A stretch of DNA of 64,000 nt from Chrysomallon squamiferum (Eukaryota; Animalia; Mollusca): the NCBI GenBank assembly GCA_012295275.1, contig CM022671.1, positions 15,066,001-15,130,000 on the forward strand, read 5' to 3'. The notes under the pieces were generated by a model. The model made no database searches, had not been told where the DNA came from, and worked only from the letters and a program-made list of their open reading frames with translations. The translations under genes were made by a program, and so were the position numbers. Positions 26,408 through 41,300 of this stretch are shown piece after piece. Numbering within the stretch: the stretch's first letter is position 1; each line of letters starts with the position of its first letter.

Positions 26408-29307
26408 CTTAAAATACATAATATTAGACTTTTAAACTATACAATCTGAACACAGCATTCAAACAAGTATAAAATTAGTATAGATAATTTAATAACATGT
26501 TGTGCCTATCTATGATTCTGATGTTTTTATTATAATTTACAGTTTGAAATAATTGCTGTTGCCAATTTTAAAACTTAATCAGAATGACTCAAGAAGCTAT
26601 TAAATTATATTGCCTCCTTTATTTTATAATATATTTACTGTTATCTCTTGTTAATTATTTTCAAAAATGATATCACTTCCTATATTTTCCTATGTTATTT
26701 CTTTTGAGAAACATCAACACATACATTAATGTTATCTTCTATAATTTTCAGTGAATTTAGTTATGACGTCTGATGAATTATGATCAATGTGGACAACAAA
26801 TTTCACCTCCAATAATGTCTAAGAAATCTTTTGTGAATTATTATCAGCTGAGATACTTGTACTACCTCCTATATTTTCAAGTGGATCCAGTGTGATCTCT
26901 GGTGCAGCTTGATCTTGTTTTCTCTTTACAGTGCTGTTCAGAATTCTGTTTGAAAAAGAAACTTTGGTGTCATAAAAAATCAAACAGCGAATCTTGGATA
27001 GAAGAGCTGCAGTTGATCGGCTGTAAGTGTTTGCAGGTCGAAGGTCAATCAGTGGCAGAAAAAAAGAACCCAAATTGATATTCAGAGACTGAAGCAGAGC
27101 AAATCTCAGTCGGATACTTTCTGGTGGGATGTCTGTTGGAAATGAAAAAAAGAAAAATGTCTGCAATGATGGTTGCAGTTGCTAGATTCAGGTCCCTGAA
27201 TAAATATTGCATTTATTGTCCAAGCTAAAAATATGGTTAATGATTAATGTTAATCATTTTTCAAGGCAGTGTAATGATTTCATCTGAATTATGCAAATAT
27301 ATAAAAAAATGTCCATTAGATCAAAATTTTATAGACTTCATATACATTCTAAATATGATTATGTGGGTACTTTTGTAAAAGAGCAGACATATTTTAGTTC
27401 AGATCAATTTAGTAATTCTGTGTAAGTAATCTTGGTTTTATTAAATCTTTTTTGATTTTATATCTACCCTGCAGACATGCATATTGTTCTGATGCCAACT
27501 GAGCCTCTGTGAACACTATTTCATGTGGATGTATTCTGGCTGTAGAGACCACAAGCTTTCTACTGAACTCGTTCACAAATAAGACAAGAGCTTTATCCAT
27601 CTCCAAAGTCCACAGCTTGGACATTGCATGAGCCTGGTCATCATCAATACACCAACATCTGAAAGGTAACATACTATATGTTGATACCTCTATAATTTAT
27701 GTAATGTTCATTTTTTTGTTTTTTTTTACTGAAATTTCAGAAAAAATACTTGCTTGTTGATGAACTATTGTACTTGTAGAATACCTTTTATATGTTTCCA
27801 CTGCACAATCATTATGTATTAAATTACCATGACTGTATCACTGTCTAAATTTATAACAGACACTTCACTTATCAGTCAAAGCAAGTTAAGCTAAAGAATT
27901 CAGTCTTTACAAGTAGGAATATAAATTTACAAAAATAATGATGTATGTTTTATCAAGTTTTCTTTTTTCTATTTAACAAAATATACTGGAATAATTCTGT
28001 TTCTTTGAATTAAATGAACAATATATGCAAGACATAAATTTTGTTGTATAATTAATGTGAATTACAACACTGATTCACAATTTTCTTATTAATATTATGA
28101 CTGCATTAAGTTGTTTTTTAATTGCAGTATCTCTTTTGAGAGTAAAAGCACACTGTACCTTTTAAAGCTGAAATCATATCCACAGCTTGTAAGTCCTCTC
28201 CATACTGCTCTGACATCATGTTTGGCAGTATCCATTACAAACTGAAGAAACCCATCCAGAGTCAAACCCTTGACTTCTTTTTTGACCTCAAGCTAAAAAT
28301 ACACAGTAGTTAAAAGGTAACTCCTGCCTCACATTCAGAATTCAAATATACAATTTGTATAATTAAAAGTTTTATCTCCTTAAAATCTAACAAAAATAAA
28401 ATGTGAAACATAGCTTAATGCAACACAAACAATGTTGTTTTTTTAAATTTAATAATCTTAATTCATATATTTGTTCTATCTTTAATGTACAGGGTGTCCA
28501 CAAAGTCTGGGTACATGGGGAATTTTACTATGTTATTTATTAATGTTACTTTTCTTACCAGATCAAATGATGGCTCTGTCTAAAGAATTATGCATTGAAA
28601 GTGATGGAAATCATATTGAAAACATTATTTATTAACATTAGAATTAAATAAAACTATTTTATTTTAAAAGTATGTGTTAATCCCTTATGCACCCAGACTT
28701 TGTGGACACCCTGTAGATAAAACAATTTAAACCATATTAATGTTTTTTATAATGAATAAAAATGAACCGAACCAAACTAAATCAGTAAACAATATGATAA
28801 AAGGTATGGAGTATAACAAACTATATTATTGTTTCATAACGGATCTAATTCTTCTAATAGGGAGAAAAATATTATGATGCTTCATGTGTTGTGGATTATG
28901 TCAAAATGAAAAGTGATATAATTACTTTTAAGTCTTTTGTTTCTTTACTAACATTGTCTGATACAATGTTATTTTTGGATGGTTTCTCAGATACGTCTTT
29001 TCCTTTTATTTTCTCCTTGCCAGAAGCACCCCTAAAAGTAATAAACATTTTTTGAAACATTCATTAAACATTTTACAAAATAGAAAACTGGGTTACCAGA
29101 TAATTTATCCACTCTGTGATTTTTAATTATCACTGTTGTGTGCTATACTATATTAAACAAATTATATCAAATGTTATTTCAAATGTTAAGTGCTTTTCTG
29201 TGTCTTGTTCCAAAAATAGACATATTTTGATACAAACAGGGTACAGGCAGAGAGAAATAATTAACTTTTTCTAACTCTGTTGTGTTGAAAATAAATTAAT
29301 CATTCTG

Positions 29308-29338
<31 letters not shown>

Positions 29339-32300
29339 CAAAATAATTGTATGTGTGTTTGTCTGTAAACAATTATAATGATAAAAAAAATGTCTATCTT
29401 GGTGCAACTATTCATTCTAATTTTACCTACTGGAAATAAAACAGATGACATAAAACTACATTTCATAATTCTAAAACACTGATATAATTTAGTTCAATTT
29501 GAATTTTTTTTTTTTTAAAGACTATAAGCATTTGTACCGGTCTCCATGTCCCATTACAAATTTTTCTTTTGATGATCTTGGTGACTTCTTTGTTAATTTA
29601 CCCTTACTTGGCTTGCTAGCAGGAACGCTAAAACAAACAAATTTTAAAACTTAACAAAAATTCTGTGAAACATTAATGAAATGAAAATATATTTATTAGA
29701 GAAGAATTTGAGTCATTAATAATCTAATAGATAACAATAAAAAGGTCATTATATCAAACAAAAAAGAGAAACATTATGTTAGTAATTTATAGACATTATA
29801 TTTCCTTTTTGTTATTTTTAGCAATTATCCTATGGTCATAATTTTTAGCTTTTATTAAAACTTATTTGCTTTATGAAATTCAACTTCTGTTCAATAACAG
29901 TACTTTGTATGTAGAATCTGAGGAAGTGTTTATAGAAATTTTTTTTTTTTTTTTTAATGCTGTTAACAAATCTTACCTATCTTTTTCCTGCTGTATGATT
30001 ATCCCATACTGTCTTAGAAGAGGATTCACATAGTCTGACAATGGTTTTTTAGTGGGTCGGAGCTGATTGAGGAATGTGAACAACATGTTACCCGAACTAG
30101 GATTAAGAATATGATCTTTCTCAAGGCAGATAAATCCAGATTCTTGCCAAGCACCAGGTGACCCCTGCTGCTGATTTACAAAGAAACAGCTATGAAAAAC
30201 TTCAGTGATAATCTGAAGAGCTGTGTCTGTCAGCTCTCGCTCAGACTTTCTCTGGAACAGTTTGTTCTGGAGATAAAGTTCAATAGCACTATTTGCCGGT
30301 GGTTCTGATAAAAGCATTTGGTTAACAACTGAAACTGAAAATACCTCATCTGGAATATCAACAAACTCTTCAGGATCATAGTTCAAAGTTTCAGTCAGAG
30401 GTCTACATTTATACAGGGATTTCTGAACCGATTCAGTGTTAGCTTTTGTAGGAAGATTAATAACGGCCCAACCTCTGTTATTAGGTGCTGAATTAGCGTC
30501 TTTGAACTCATCATCTTGTTTCTCTTTACTGGATGCCGTTTCTTTACCTGCTTCTATCTTACTTACAGATGATGATACTATACCACCATTATCAACAGGT
30601 GGTACAAATATTTCATCTCTTTCAACCCCACCATTTATATCACAAGCTTTTTTTATAGCATCTTTAATACTTTCTATTGCCATGTGCTGTGGAATCCCTG
30701 TCAAAACCAGAAGCCTTGTATGTGCTATGGATCCCATGATTGACATAGACGCATCTGTCACAGCTTCTGACACCACTTTTCTTGTGCGAGGTTCTCCAAA
30801 TCCCAAACCTCGCAGGATTCCAGAGATGTTCACAGCTTTGTAAAACCACATGTCCTCCAGCTGGAGATCTTCACAACTAAGCATGTTCATTGAACTGCAG
30901 CTTGTAACATTACTGGAGCTTGATGTGATAGACGACAATGATGTCGATACTGTTAACAAGGACAAAGCATCTTCTGACGACTGCACACTGTCTATATCAA
31001 TCAAAGATACTCCACTGCTTTGACGAGAAGGTGTAGCCAAGTGCTTTCTTGGTTTCTGTTTCTTCTTCTTGGCAGAAGATACTGATTTTGAAGCTGTTGC
31101 TCCTTCTTCAGCAAGGCGGGAATAAGGAATATTTGGCAGCAATGGATTTGGACCAAAAATTAGGACTGCTTCTGTTATGGCCAAGTTTAATTCCAATAGG
31201 GCATGAAAATATGTTGAAAACAATCCTTGTTCACTTGATGAACTTAACAGATCAGTGCCAGTGCTCTGTGGTGAGAATTTATCACTTTCTTCTTTATGCA
31301 ACATTTTTAACTCATTCTGAAGTTGTCTAAAGAAAGAATGCATTGAATTGTACCTAGAGCCAGTTTTTGAAAGAGAACTTCCATTGCCTCCTTCTAGCAC
31401 ATGAAGAATTCGTAATGACTGAGCTAAAATGTGAAAGACATATTCCTTGATCAGTGCTGGAATGTCTGTTTTCCGTATGTACGTGCAGATCATCTCAATC
31501 ATGTGAATGAGAACAGGTGGAGTAATGACAATGTTATCAAGACTGTACAAACTGGGGTGCATCATAACAGATGCAAGCAGTGATGTTTCTAGAGATTCAT
31601 TTTTGTCTGTCTTTTTACAACCTTTCATACCACATCCGAACTTCTCTGTAATTAAAGTCTCCATGTAAGCCATTGCCATGAGGAACTGTTTTGGCAAAGC
31701 ATGAATACTGAGGACAACACCAGGAGGAGGAGACACTCCCAGGCGAATGTGAACATGATCTCCAGGAATAATTACTGGTGAAAACTGTTCATTTTGGTTT
31801 GATTGAGAGTTTGTGTCTCGGGGATAACAAATGACTTCTTGCCTTGTAGGCTGGCCATACTTATTCACTTTTTTACCACTGTAAGTGTAGACTCTGGCCC
31901 ATGGTGACTTGTAGGGAACATTCCTGTAAAACAAACAATTTACTGAATAATTTCATGTAACAGTATTTTGACAAATCATCCTGTGAAGACTTGCAAATTA
32001 AAGGACCAAACTACAGATTCATTGTACAACTAACTACAAGACACACTTTTTATCAATACCAATTTAATTTTCATGATCTAACTTTAAACTGAGATATATG
32101 AACAATTAAATTCTTACTCTTTCTTTGATTTTAGTTTGTCTGTTTTGCAACTGATTATAAGACAGCCTGCTCCAGGAAAATGAACATCAGTGCTAACTTT
32201 TATTTCTGTGACTGGAAACTCTTCACACAGAAACATTTCAGGAGCAGTCTGAATAATAAATCAAAGAATTAAATACAATAAAAATAATTTTAAAATATCA

Positions 32301-35300
32301 TTTTAATTTATGTAAGGATAATGATTCATTTCACTGAAATATAAGTATTTAAAAATTATTATTTGTTATCCAAATCAGTAACCTGTTTACATATCCAATA
32401 AATTGAGAATTCATTTTTCCAAACTGATTATTTTCATAGGTTTACAGCTGGGCAAAAAAAAAGAAAAAAGAAAAAGAAAATAATGATAATAATAATTAAA
32501 AAACATATAAAAAAGATTTATAAATAACTATGAGCCAAATATAAATAGGACCAGTTCAAATTCTCCACTAGAAGGAAACAATTTGGGTTTTAATATATTA
32601 GCTTCTATACAATGATAATAAATATTTAATGTTGTTGTTAGTCTAGTCAGTATGAACCTGTTCACAGAGAACATTGTTTGAAATGAAATGCAAGTTAACT
32701 CCTACCTGCAAACACAGACAAATCTGATTGGTCAGCTCAATTACATAGTCTTCACCCTGACTTGCTGCTCTGGCAATTGCAATGGCCAGTTCTTGTTTTA
32801 TGCGATCCCCATTCCTGTAGACAAGATCAGTCAGTGAACAGGAGTTGAGAGCCAGGCACTGGTTCAGAGAAACTGCACTTGTCAAAGATGTATTCTCAAC
32901 AGCACCTATGACAAAGTTTAAAAAAAATATATAAACAATTCAACTGCAAAACAAAAACAGTCATTTATGCTAGAGAAGGATAAATATATCAGATGTAAGT
33001 AGTTAGAACTCACCAGTGGGCATTGGGGGAGCAAGCAAGTGATCTGACAAAAGCTGAAGATTTTCAATATCCAGTTCCTGTAGCAGAGCTGTACTGGCAG
33101 CCATGCTGGATCCGAGTCCATGTGAACAGGAATTGAAACCAAGGGTGGGAGAGTTACAATGATCAATTAACTGCAACAAAGCTGAGCGAAGATACATTCT
33201 CACAAGTGTCGATTCACACTTCAGCAGTTCTCTAAATAGAAAAATTAAATTGTAAAGAGAAGCTCTTACAAAGAAGAAAGACAGTAAAACGTCAGATAGA
33301 TTTACACACAAACATTATATTACATAAATATACAAGGTTTTTTTATATAGAAGGTTTTATTTCTCAGGAAAAAAACAATATGAATTATAAACAATAACAA
33401 TTAGAAATCTGAATATAGGATATTGGTAGAATACCATTATAAACTTATCATATCACCTGTGAATATGAACATTCGATGTATCTAGAATCTGTCCTCCAGT
33501 GATAGAAGATTTCCTCAAACCTTTTGGAGGCTTCTCCAATATCTCAATTGGAAACCAGTATCTCACCATCACTCCTTCACTTCTTAAGTATGTTTCAACT
33601 TGTACCAATTCATTTTGCTACAAAAAATATTAAAAATTAACAATACAGCAGTAGATATGTTTTGGGTTCTTGAAATGACATTGACTGATTTATTTATTCA
33701 AAAGCTGCAATCATTAATATTTCAACAGTCAAATGATGATATACAATTAATAAATTTAGTTTTCTGAAAAAGGAAACAGTTATAAATATAGAAACTATGA
33801 AAAATATACTATGTCACTTAATAGAAAAATTGTAATTCAAATAAAATAACAAAACATTTATTGTTTCTGATTTCAGCACACTATAAATTTATATGACAGA
33901 AACCTAATTTGAATCATTATAAAAAAATATTAAAACAATACCACTCACTGTATCGATGTCGAGGACAGTTCCAGTCAAACCAAAACATTTCAGCATTGCA
34001 CTGACTGCAAAAGGTGGCAGTGTTCCTGAAGTTGTCAGCTCACTTATGTTGACTGTTGTGCCTTTTTTCACCCTCTCAATTGTAAACTTGGCCAGATCTT
34101 CTTTGATATCTTCTATAGTGGGCAAGTGCAGATCACGGGGCAGGCCTCCATTTTCTTCATACAGAAATTCAACAGTCTGTCGTGCAATTTCTGTCATTCC
34201 TGTAAATTATCAACTCTAGATCTTTACAACAAATATCAGTTTAATAAGAATCAATCACAAACTATGATTTTGTTTTCAGAAACAAACACAAATGACTACT
34301 AATATATTCAGTTAGCATTTTAAAATAACACCATTATTTGAAACCTGACAAAAAAACACTCACCAAGCTGCAGAGCTCCTCTTATTTGTTCCAATCCATC
34401 TTTTCTTTCTGCCTCATTGCGGAATCGTCTTCTGATGATGGGAAAGACTCGTTGTTCCCAAGCCCGAACCAGAAGAGCATAATGATCCTCAGTTGTGCTA
34501 TCCTCATCAATCTCAACATCAGACACATCGTCAAGGTTTGTTATTACAGGTTGGCTTGGCATGCCCATCGTTGTCATTTTGTCATAACTGGGCAACAGCT
34601 TGTACTGTAAGCAGTTTTCAACAACGTACTCTGAAAGTAAATTTTGAAAAAAAGAAACATTTTTACATCAGTGACATGAAATGTAAATAGTGATGTAGTG
34701 CATACAGTCAGGTAATTGAGAACAGCAGGACTTGGTTATCAGCAGTAGACATACATACATGTATGTGTGTTTGTATGAGAAAGTAATCTTGCAAAGAAAC
34801 CATGATTTATACATTGTCATGAAACATTTTCATTTTTTTTATAAAATCTTAATTCATCCAGTAATCTTAATTCTCATTACAAATGTTCCACATCTGAGAA
34901 TATCTAGTTAGTAAAGTCCAAAATATAAAAATTCCAAAGATGAGAACAAGCTAAAAATTAAAACAAGAAAAAACAATAAAAAAAACACAATAAATTATAC
35001 AAATAAGAGAGATAAAATTCTATTTTTCCAACTAATGAAATCATGTAGATAAAAGTCACCTTTCAGTGGTTCAGGATCTGTAGGTATTCTAACAGATGGT
35101 CCCTGGAGAGTTCTTGATTCTTTGCTGTTGGAATCCCTTCTACCTTCACTTAAAGACTCTTCATTATCAGTGTCTGAAGCTGAATGAAAAGGCAGAAGTC
35201 CAAATGACTCACGAATTTCACGAGTCAAATCATTAGCTGCTTCTGCAGCATCTCGATGTTGTTGGCCTTCAGCAAAGAGGAAAGGACGGCTTCCAAAGTT

Positions 35301-38300
35301 AGCTCGAACTCTACAGTTCTTTAGAAATAGAATTAAAGATAGTTATTAGTATTCTTAACCCAATGTAATGTTTTAATTACTGTTAGTTAAAGTATTATCA
35401 TTCTTCAAGAACATTTTATGTTAAACAAGAAAGAAAATGGTAAATAAATATCTCTTTTCTTCAATAAAATGGTTAACTGTAAAATTTCTCAGTAAAATTA
35501 ATCATCTTGAATCAGTTTTATTATAATACTTATTTATTAATGAGGTAACTTTAGAAGGATTAATAAAAATTAAAGTTTTAAAAAATAGAATAATACCTTT
35601 TTCTGAATGTGGACAATAGGATACATTCCACCAGCAACATCTGAGAGAGTTGGACTTAACCTTCGACCTCCCAATGTAAAGTACACTTGACCTTTAGGAG
35701 CATGTCCTACTGCAGCCTCTGATGTTTTCTCCCAGCCAATGCCTGCAACATCTCCAGCTTTAATAGTTACATCTAAACGAACACTCCTCCACTGGAGTAA
35801 ACTTGCTCCATTGTAATGAACTGCTTTTCCAGTACTGCAAATTTTCAAATTATCTTTCGTAAAATGTGGAGCTAAATTGTAATTTTCAACTTTTTATCCT
35901 ATTTCTAATGTTTATATGACAAACCATTTGTTTAATAATGTGATTTTTAAAATACTGACTTTTATCTAAAAGGAACAGAGTAACAATATCAATTTTTTAT
36001 TATATTTTTATTATTATGATGAATGATTACATTGTCAGAAAAAAAAAAGAAGAAAAAAAAAAAACAAAAAAAAAAAAAAAAAAGAATGAATAAATAAAAG
36101 CTTGAAAAATTAAATAAAATTTCACATGATTTATACATGAAATTAATTTCTTATCACTTTAGTAAGGAATTCAGCAAAAGATAAATAAAAAAAATGTCAT
36201 TACTTCAGGAACAGACAGGTCCCAACTGGATTTGTCCAAGCACCTTCCTTCTTTTCTGCTGCAGGAGCAAAGCCAAATGACACTAAAGTATTACTTTCTT
36301 CCTGAACTTCACCATAGGAGCAGATCTCTAGTTCCCAGTAGAAAGAAGGTGCCTGAAAAAGTTGATTATACAGTTACAGTAAGTGTTAATTTTTTTAATG
36401 TTTGAAAACTGTCATTATAAATTTATTATCCTGATTGGAGAAAAAGGATTGTTTTGGATATATATGAATAACAATCAGCAAGAATGCAGTGATGTTGAGT
36501 GATATAACAGCAAACTTTCTTCAGGTCAAATGAATGACACATTACAAATTACTTATACAAAAGCAACAAATTGGAAACAAATATTTACTTTATAGTCTTT
36601 AATACTTTTAAATAGGAGAGCAAATCTTTCAGTGATATATCATTTTGGCCTGTAATGAAACATAACATTGAACTTTCATGGAAGTGCCAGACAATCTCTT
36701 TATTAATTGTTACATTCCACTCATCTTACTTCACAAGCGATGAAGCTAGTACCCAGTATGAATCATTTAATTACATATTCCTGTGGTAAAACAAAATGTA
36801 TTTAAATTTTATCCCTGTTATATTTTAACATGAGAATACATTTACCTGCTGTGGTATTGACTGGTTTGCATATATTATAACACCTCTTGGCAGTGCTGAT
36901 CCTGCACTGGCATCTCCCAGAAATGTCACTGTGGATAATCCTTGCGACATCAGACATGCTCGGACTGGAGGAAAAGCTCGACTAGGGTCCCAAATCATTT
37001 CTGGATTCTAAAAATTAAGATTACTGATAATGTAGAAAAAATTAAATCAAGGATTAAGATTAAAATACTTTTAAATCTAATTATTTATTAAAAACCTGAT
37101 GTTAAGATTATACTGATTATCATTATTCAGATCCTTTGTAATTCCTTTGAAGGGAAATCATATGGTGAAAACCTATTTTTCACTCATTCTTTTTTGGATT
37201 GCATTGATTCACTTGAAAAATTAATTTTATTGCATAAAAAACTCATTAATTTTTAAAACAGATGTTTCTTTAATCTTACAGGTCTGCTGTCGTCCTCTGT
37301 GGGAGGTGGGGGTGGTTTAACACAGTCACGATACAACATCCTTAGACGTCGGCACTGAGATTCCACAACTGACAGACGTTCTCCTAGAAAATATATAAAT
37401 ATATTTCACTAACTCCTGCTTTGGTGGTGTTATTATCAAAAAGCTGAATTTTTAAATCCACATATTTTTTCAATGTTCTATAAAATTTAATTGAAAAAAA
37501 AAAAAAAAAAATAATAATAATAATAAAATAAAAAAAAAAAATAAAAACATTTTATCTATTTTCATTTATAAGGTTATAGCAGATTTTTTATAAAATATGC
37601 TTTAACTATGAAAAAAAAGTTCATTATTATTACCTGCACTGCAATCCTTTGACAGTGACTTCAAGATATCAATGGCTGATTCACATCTCTGGATGAATTC
37701 TGTTGCAAAATCAACATCTTCCAAATAAAGTGAGAGTGCCAAACAGGTACGTGTTTCAATTTCTGCTATCACTCGACATGTCATGTTTGACAAACTGTTG
37801 CCATCACCGCTGACTGGAAGAGACTGAAATGGAAGTGCTTCTTGAGTTTGATCTTTGGGCAGCAAGATATTCTCCACAGCTGTTATTAAAGCATCCCACA
37901 TTTCTGGCTGTGTCAGTAAGAATACCTTTAAAAACAAAAGACAAATTAGAAAATTTTAACTAATAGCCATATTACTAATCTACAATACCACACTGGGACA
38001 AAGACATTGATTATCTTGTCACTGACTAATTGTTTCTGACCAAAACATGACATCACTAGTTCATAAACATTTATCTGTCAGACAATGCTCTGCAAGCTGG
38101 TGCGGGATTCTTTTTCAACCTTTCTGAGGTACTTTTAGTCACTTAAGTTAATATTTTAATTTTTCTTTATTTGTTAATATACATAAATTCAATGAGAAAT
38201 AAAGTTAAAATGTTTTGTTTACTCCATGAAATTACTTCCTAATTTCTAATTATGTATGTGTTAGGTTGAAGTTAAGATATTATTTAATACAATATCATAA

Positions 38301-41300
38301 AGCTCTTTTGGATGCAAATTAAAGATGAAACATTTTCCAAGCTTAGACTTGTACTAGTACAACCATTTATACATAACAGACAGCACAAATTTGATCACCA
38401 CATGCAGTAGTCTTGATTATTTGGCTTAACTAAAAAGTGTTATTCTTTTCATCCTCAATATCTTAATAACCCACAGTTTTATTTATTTTTGTGCAAGCAC
38501 CATTGTTTGAGAGAAACAAAAGTATATGTTTTGTAAATAATAATTCCTCATCATGATAAAAAACTGTAACACTATATTAAAACTTTACAATGCACTAAAA
38601 TTACACCTCATTTCTGACAGGCTGGAGTCTGGACACGGGAATTTGTATAATGTCACTGTAACGAGGTGCATACGAGTCTGTTTTATCAGGATCTAGCTGA
38701 ACAGTGGCCATTTCTGTCTGCTCCACAACACTGACAATCATGCCTGTTGTGTTATGTATCCCATCACCAACAACCTATGAACAGAACAAGATTTCTTGAA
38801 AATGATGATGGTTATATTTATAATTTCATTTTGTGTAAGCATGTTTTAAAAGAAAGCATGTAAATAACTGAAACAACAGAGGCTAGGAATTAGTCTGACT
38901 TCCAATTAAAAAATATATATCATATGTCAAAGGTGATAATAAAATGAATGTCTTACTGGTGACATGGCAGCCCGGTTTTATGGTTTCTCTGAAACCTCCC
39001 ATAGCACATAATGCTGCATTAGCAAGTTTGGCCACAGACATAAGCTGACGAGATCCGTAACTACTTGGAGAGGCAAGGCTTTCAACTGATGCCAACAAAT
39101 AGGGCAATCCAGACAGCATGTTATTTAGAACCTGAAAATATGAAATTGTATACTCATAAAACCCCAATTCTATGTTGAATGGGTGTATCTGCATCTGTGG
39201 TTCTGTATTAGATATGCATGTGTTTGTTTTAATTTGATCGATATATAAATATATGTTCATATACATATACATACACATACACACAATAAACAAAAGAAAA
39301 TAATTTGGAATTCAGAATAACAGTTTATCATTCTTGAATTCTGGCCTACAAAGATATCCACAATCATTACAGAAACTTCAACAATTTAAAATTCATTTTA
39401 ATTTAGAAATGGTGTATGAAACTAATTAAATAAAAACACTGTTATTCAGTATACCCTCTGTGTGGCATCTGTCCATGTTTTTGCTGTGGAAGAGAGAGGT
39501 GCTTTCAGCAAACTGTGCAGCAGTTCAATGATCTCAGCTGCCATTGTATTGGCCACATGTCCACTGATGAATGGCCTCACTGGATCTGTTCTGTGTTAAC
39601 AAAAAATATATTCCATTTTAAAGATAACTGTCTATTACAAGAAGATAACAAAAGCAGAAGTCTTCCTGAAAAGTGTTAACAGCAAGATTGTAAGATTGCA
39701 AAATTATATTTTAAATCTGACACTTAATACTTTAAACATACACACACACACACAGACCTGCCTGAACCACTTTTGTTTCATACAAAGCCCATATAAGACA
39801 GCAAATAAGAAAATATAATTCTGTATCTGAGTATTACCTGGCAAGTGCAGAATTCCTTTCTTTGCAAACAGTTTCTGTAGCAGTCTTCTTCTTGTCAGTA
39901 GATCCATCTGTTGGGCTGTCACTAGGTGGTGCTGTGGATACAACAAGTCCACTCTGGGCCCATTTATAGGCTTTACGAAGAGCAGTCATTGCATCCTCTG
40001 TAGTTATTTCAGCTTTGCCAGTCTGTCATTAATAAAAATGTACATATTAAATTTTTATCGTTTTATCTTTATGTATCATCTTGTGTTATATTCAGAATAA
40101 TTCAAAATATGAGAACAAAATAAATGTTATAAATCACCTTGGCTATTTCCTTGTCTATTCTCATTACTCTGTCAACAGTGGATCCACTTCCAAGACGAAA
40201 CATTCTATTTTCAACACTAAAAGATAAAGATAAAAATATCATTACTATCTATAATAATATACTATTTGTTATGTCTTGTAAACAACTTGATAATATTAAT
40301 GACATGTTTGTATGTAAACTGTGTAACTTTATATTGAACCATTCAGTCGGAACTAGTTTCTGAAAATCAGGTCCAAGGAAAAAGTGCTTATTTTACTGCC
40401 AGACAGCAATGTTATATGTTAATGTGTAAAAACATCTAAGTCTAAAAGCACAGGGTGATTATATTAATTCCATTTATCAGATTATAATTAAAATGACACC
40501 ATAATACATCAGTGAAAGGCTGGATATAATTTTTTTTTATAGAACTGCATTACAATGGTTTATTGTGTTACTGAATCTGAAGTTTGTGACTGAACTTGAT
40601 GTTTTCTGCCTGTAGTAAAGCTTGACTTTAAACAACAGAAGGACAAGAAAACATCTTAGAACCATTTTTCTAAACAGATGAAGGTAAAACAGTTTGGGTC
40701 TTTATTAACTAACTGAAAGGCATCATGTTTCTAGAAAGCCAACATGTCTCTGGTCACTGTTCTGCCTCAAAGTCAGAATCACCATGCTAAACAGAAATAT
40801 ATACACATGGTTACAATGAAACACACAACCACAGATAGCAACACAAACCTTTTACACTGCATATTAAACCACTCCATACTAAAGTGTTTAACCATAATAT
40901 TTTGTAATTTTTACAGTTTTCATTAAACATGAGAATTCAACAAACCTTAACAAAGGTTGAAGAGCTTCACTGGATGCTTGATCAACTCTCTTGTGAATGA
41001 AAACAGACATTCTACCACCTTGAGTGTCATTATCATCACATTTGTTCTTTTCTCTGTTCATGCAAGTTGATGATTTTGGAGATATGTCTTCTGAAGGACT
41101 GCAACTGGATAACATAACTCTGTCACCTAATTAGGGAAAAAAGAAAAGAAACAATCATTGTGAAATTTAGAAGAAAAAATATTTGTAATGAAACAAATTT
41201 TTTTTTTAAAGTTATATTTTGTTTGGGCCTAAAAGTGATAAATATGCAAATTATATAGCATTGTTTTATCTTAATCTGCAAATACACATGATGCTATTTT

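Noticed and set aside
30436-31330. Plus-strand ORFs of 135 and 93 aa
   Set aside because: Antisense shadows of the large HECTD4 exon. The same applies to most plus-strand ORFs over exons (for example 15253, 33956, 43986, 47642, 60592).
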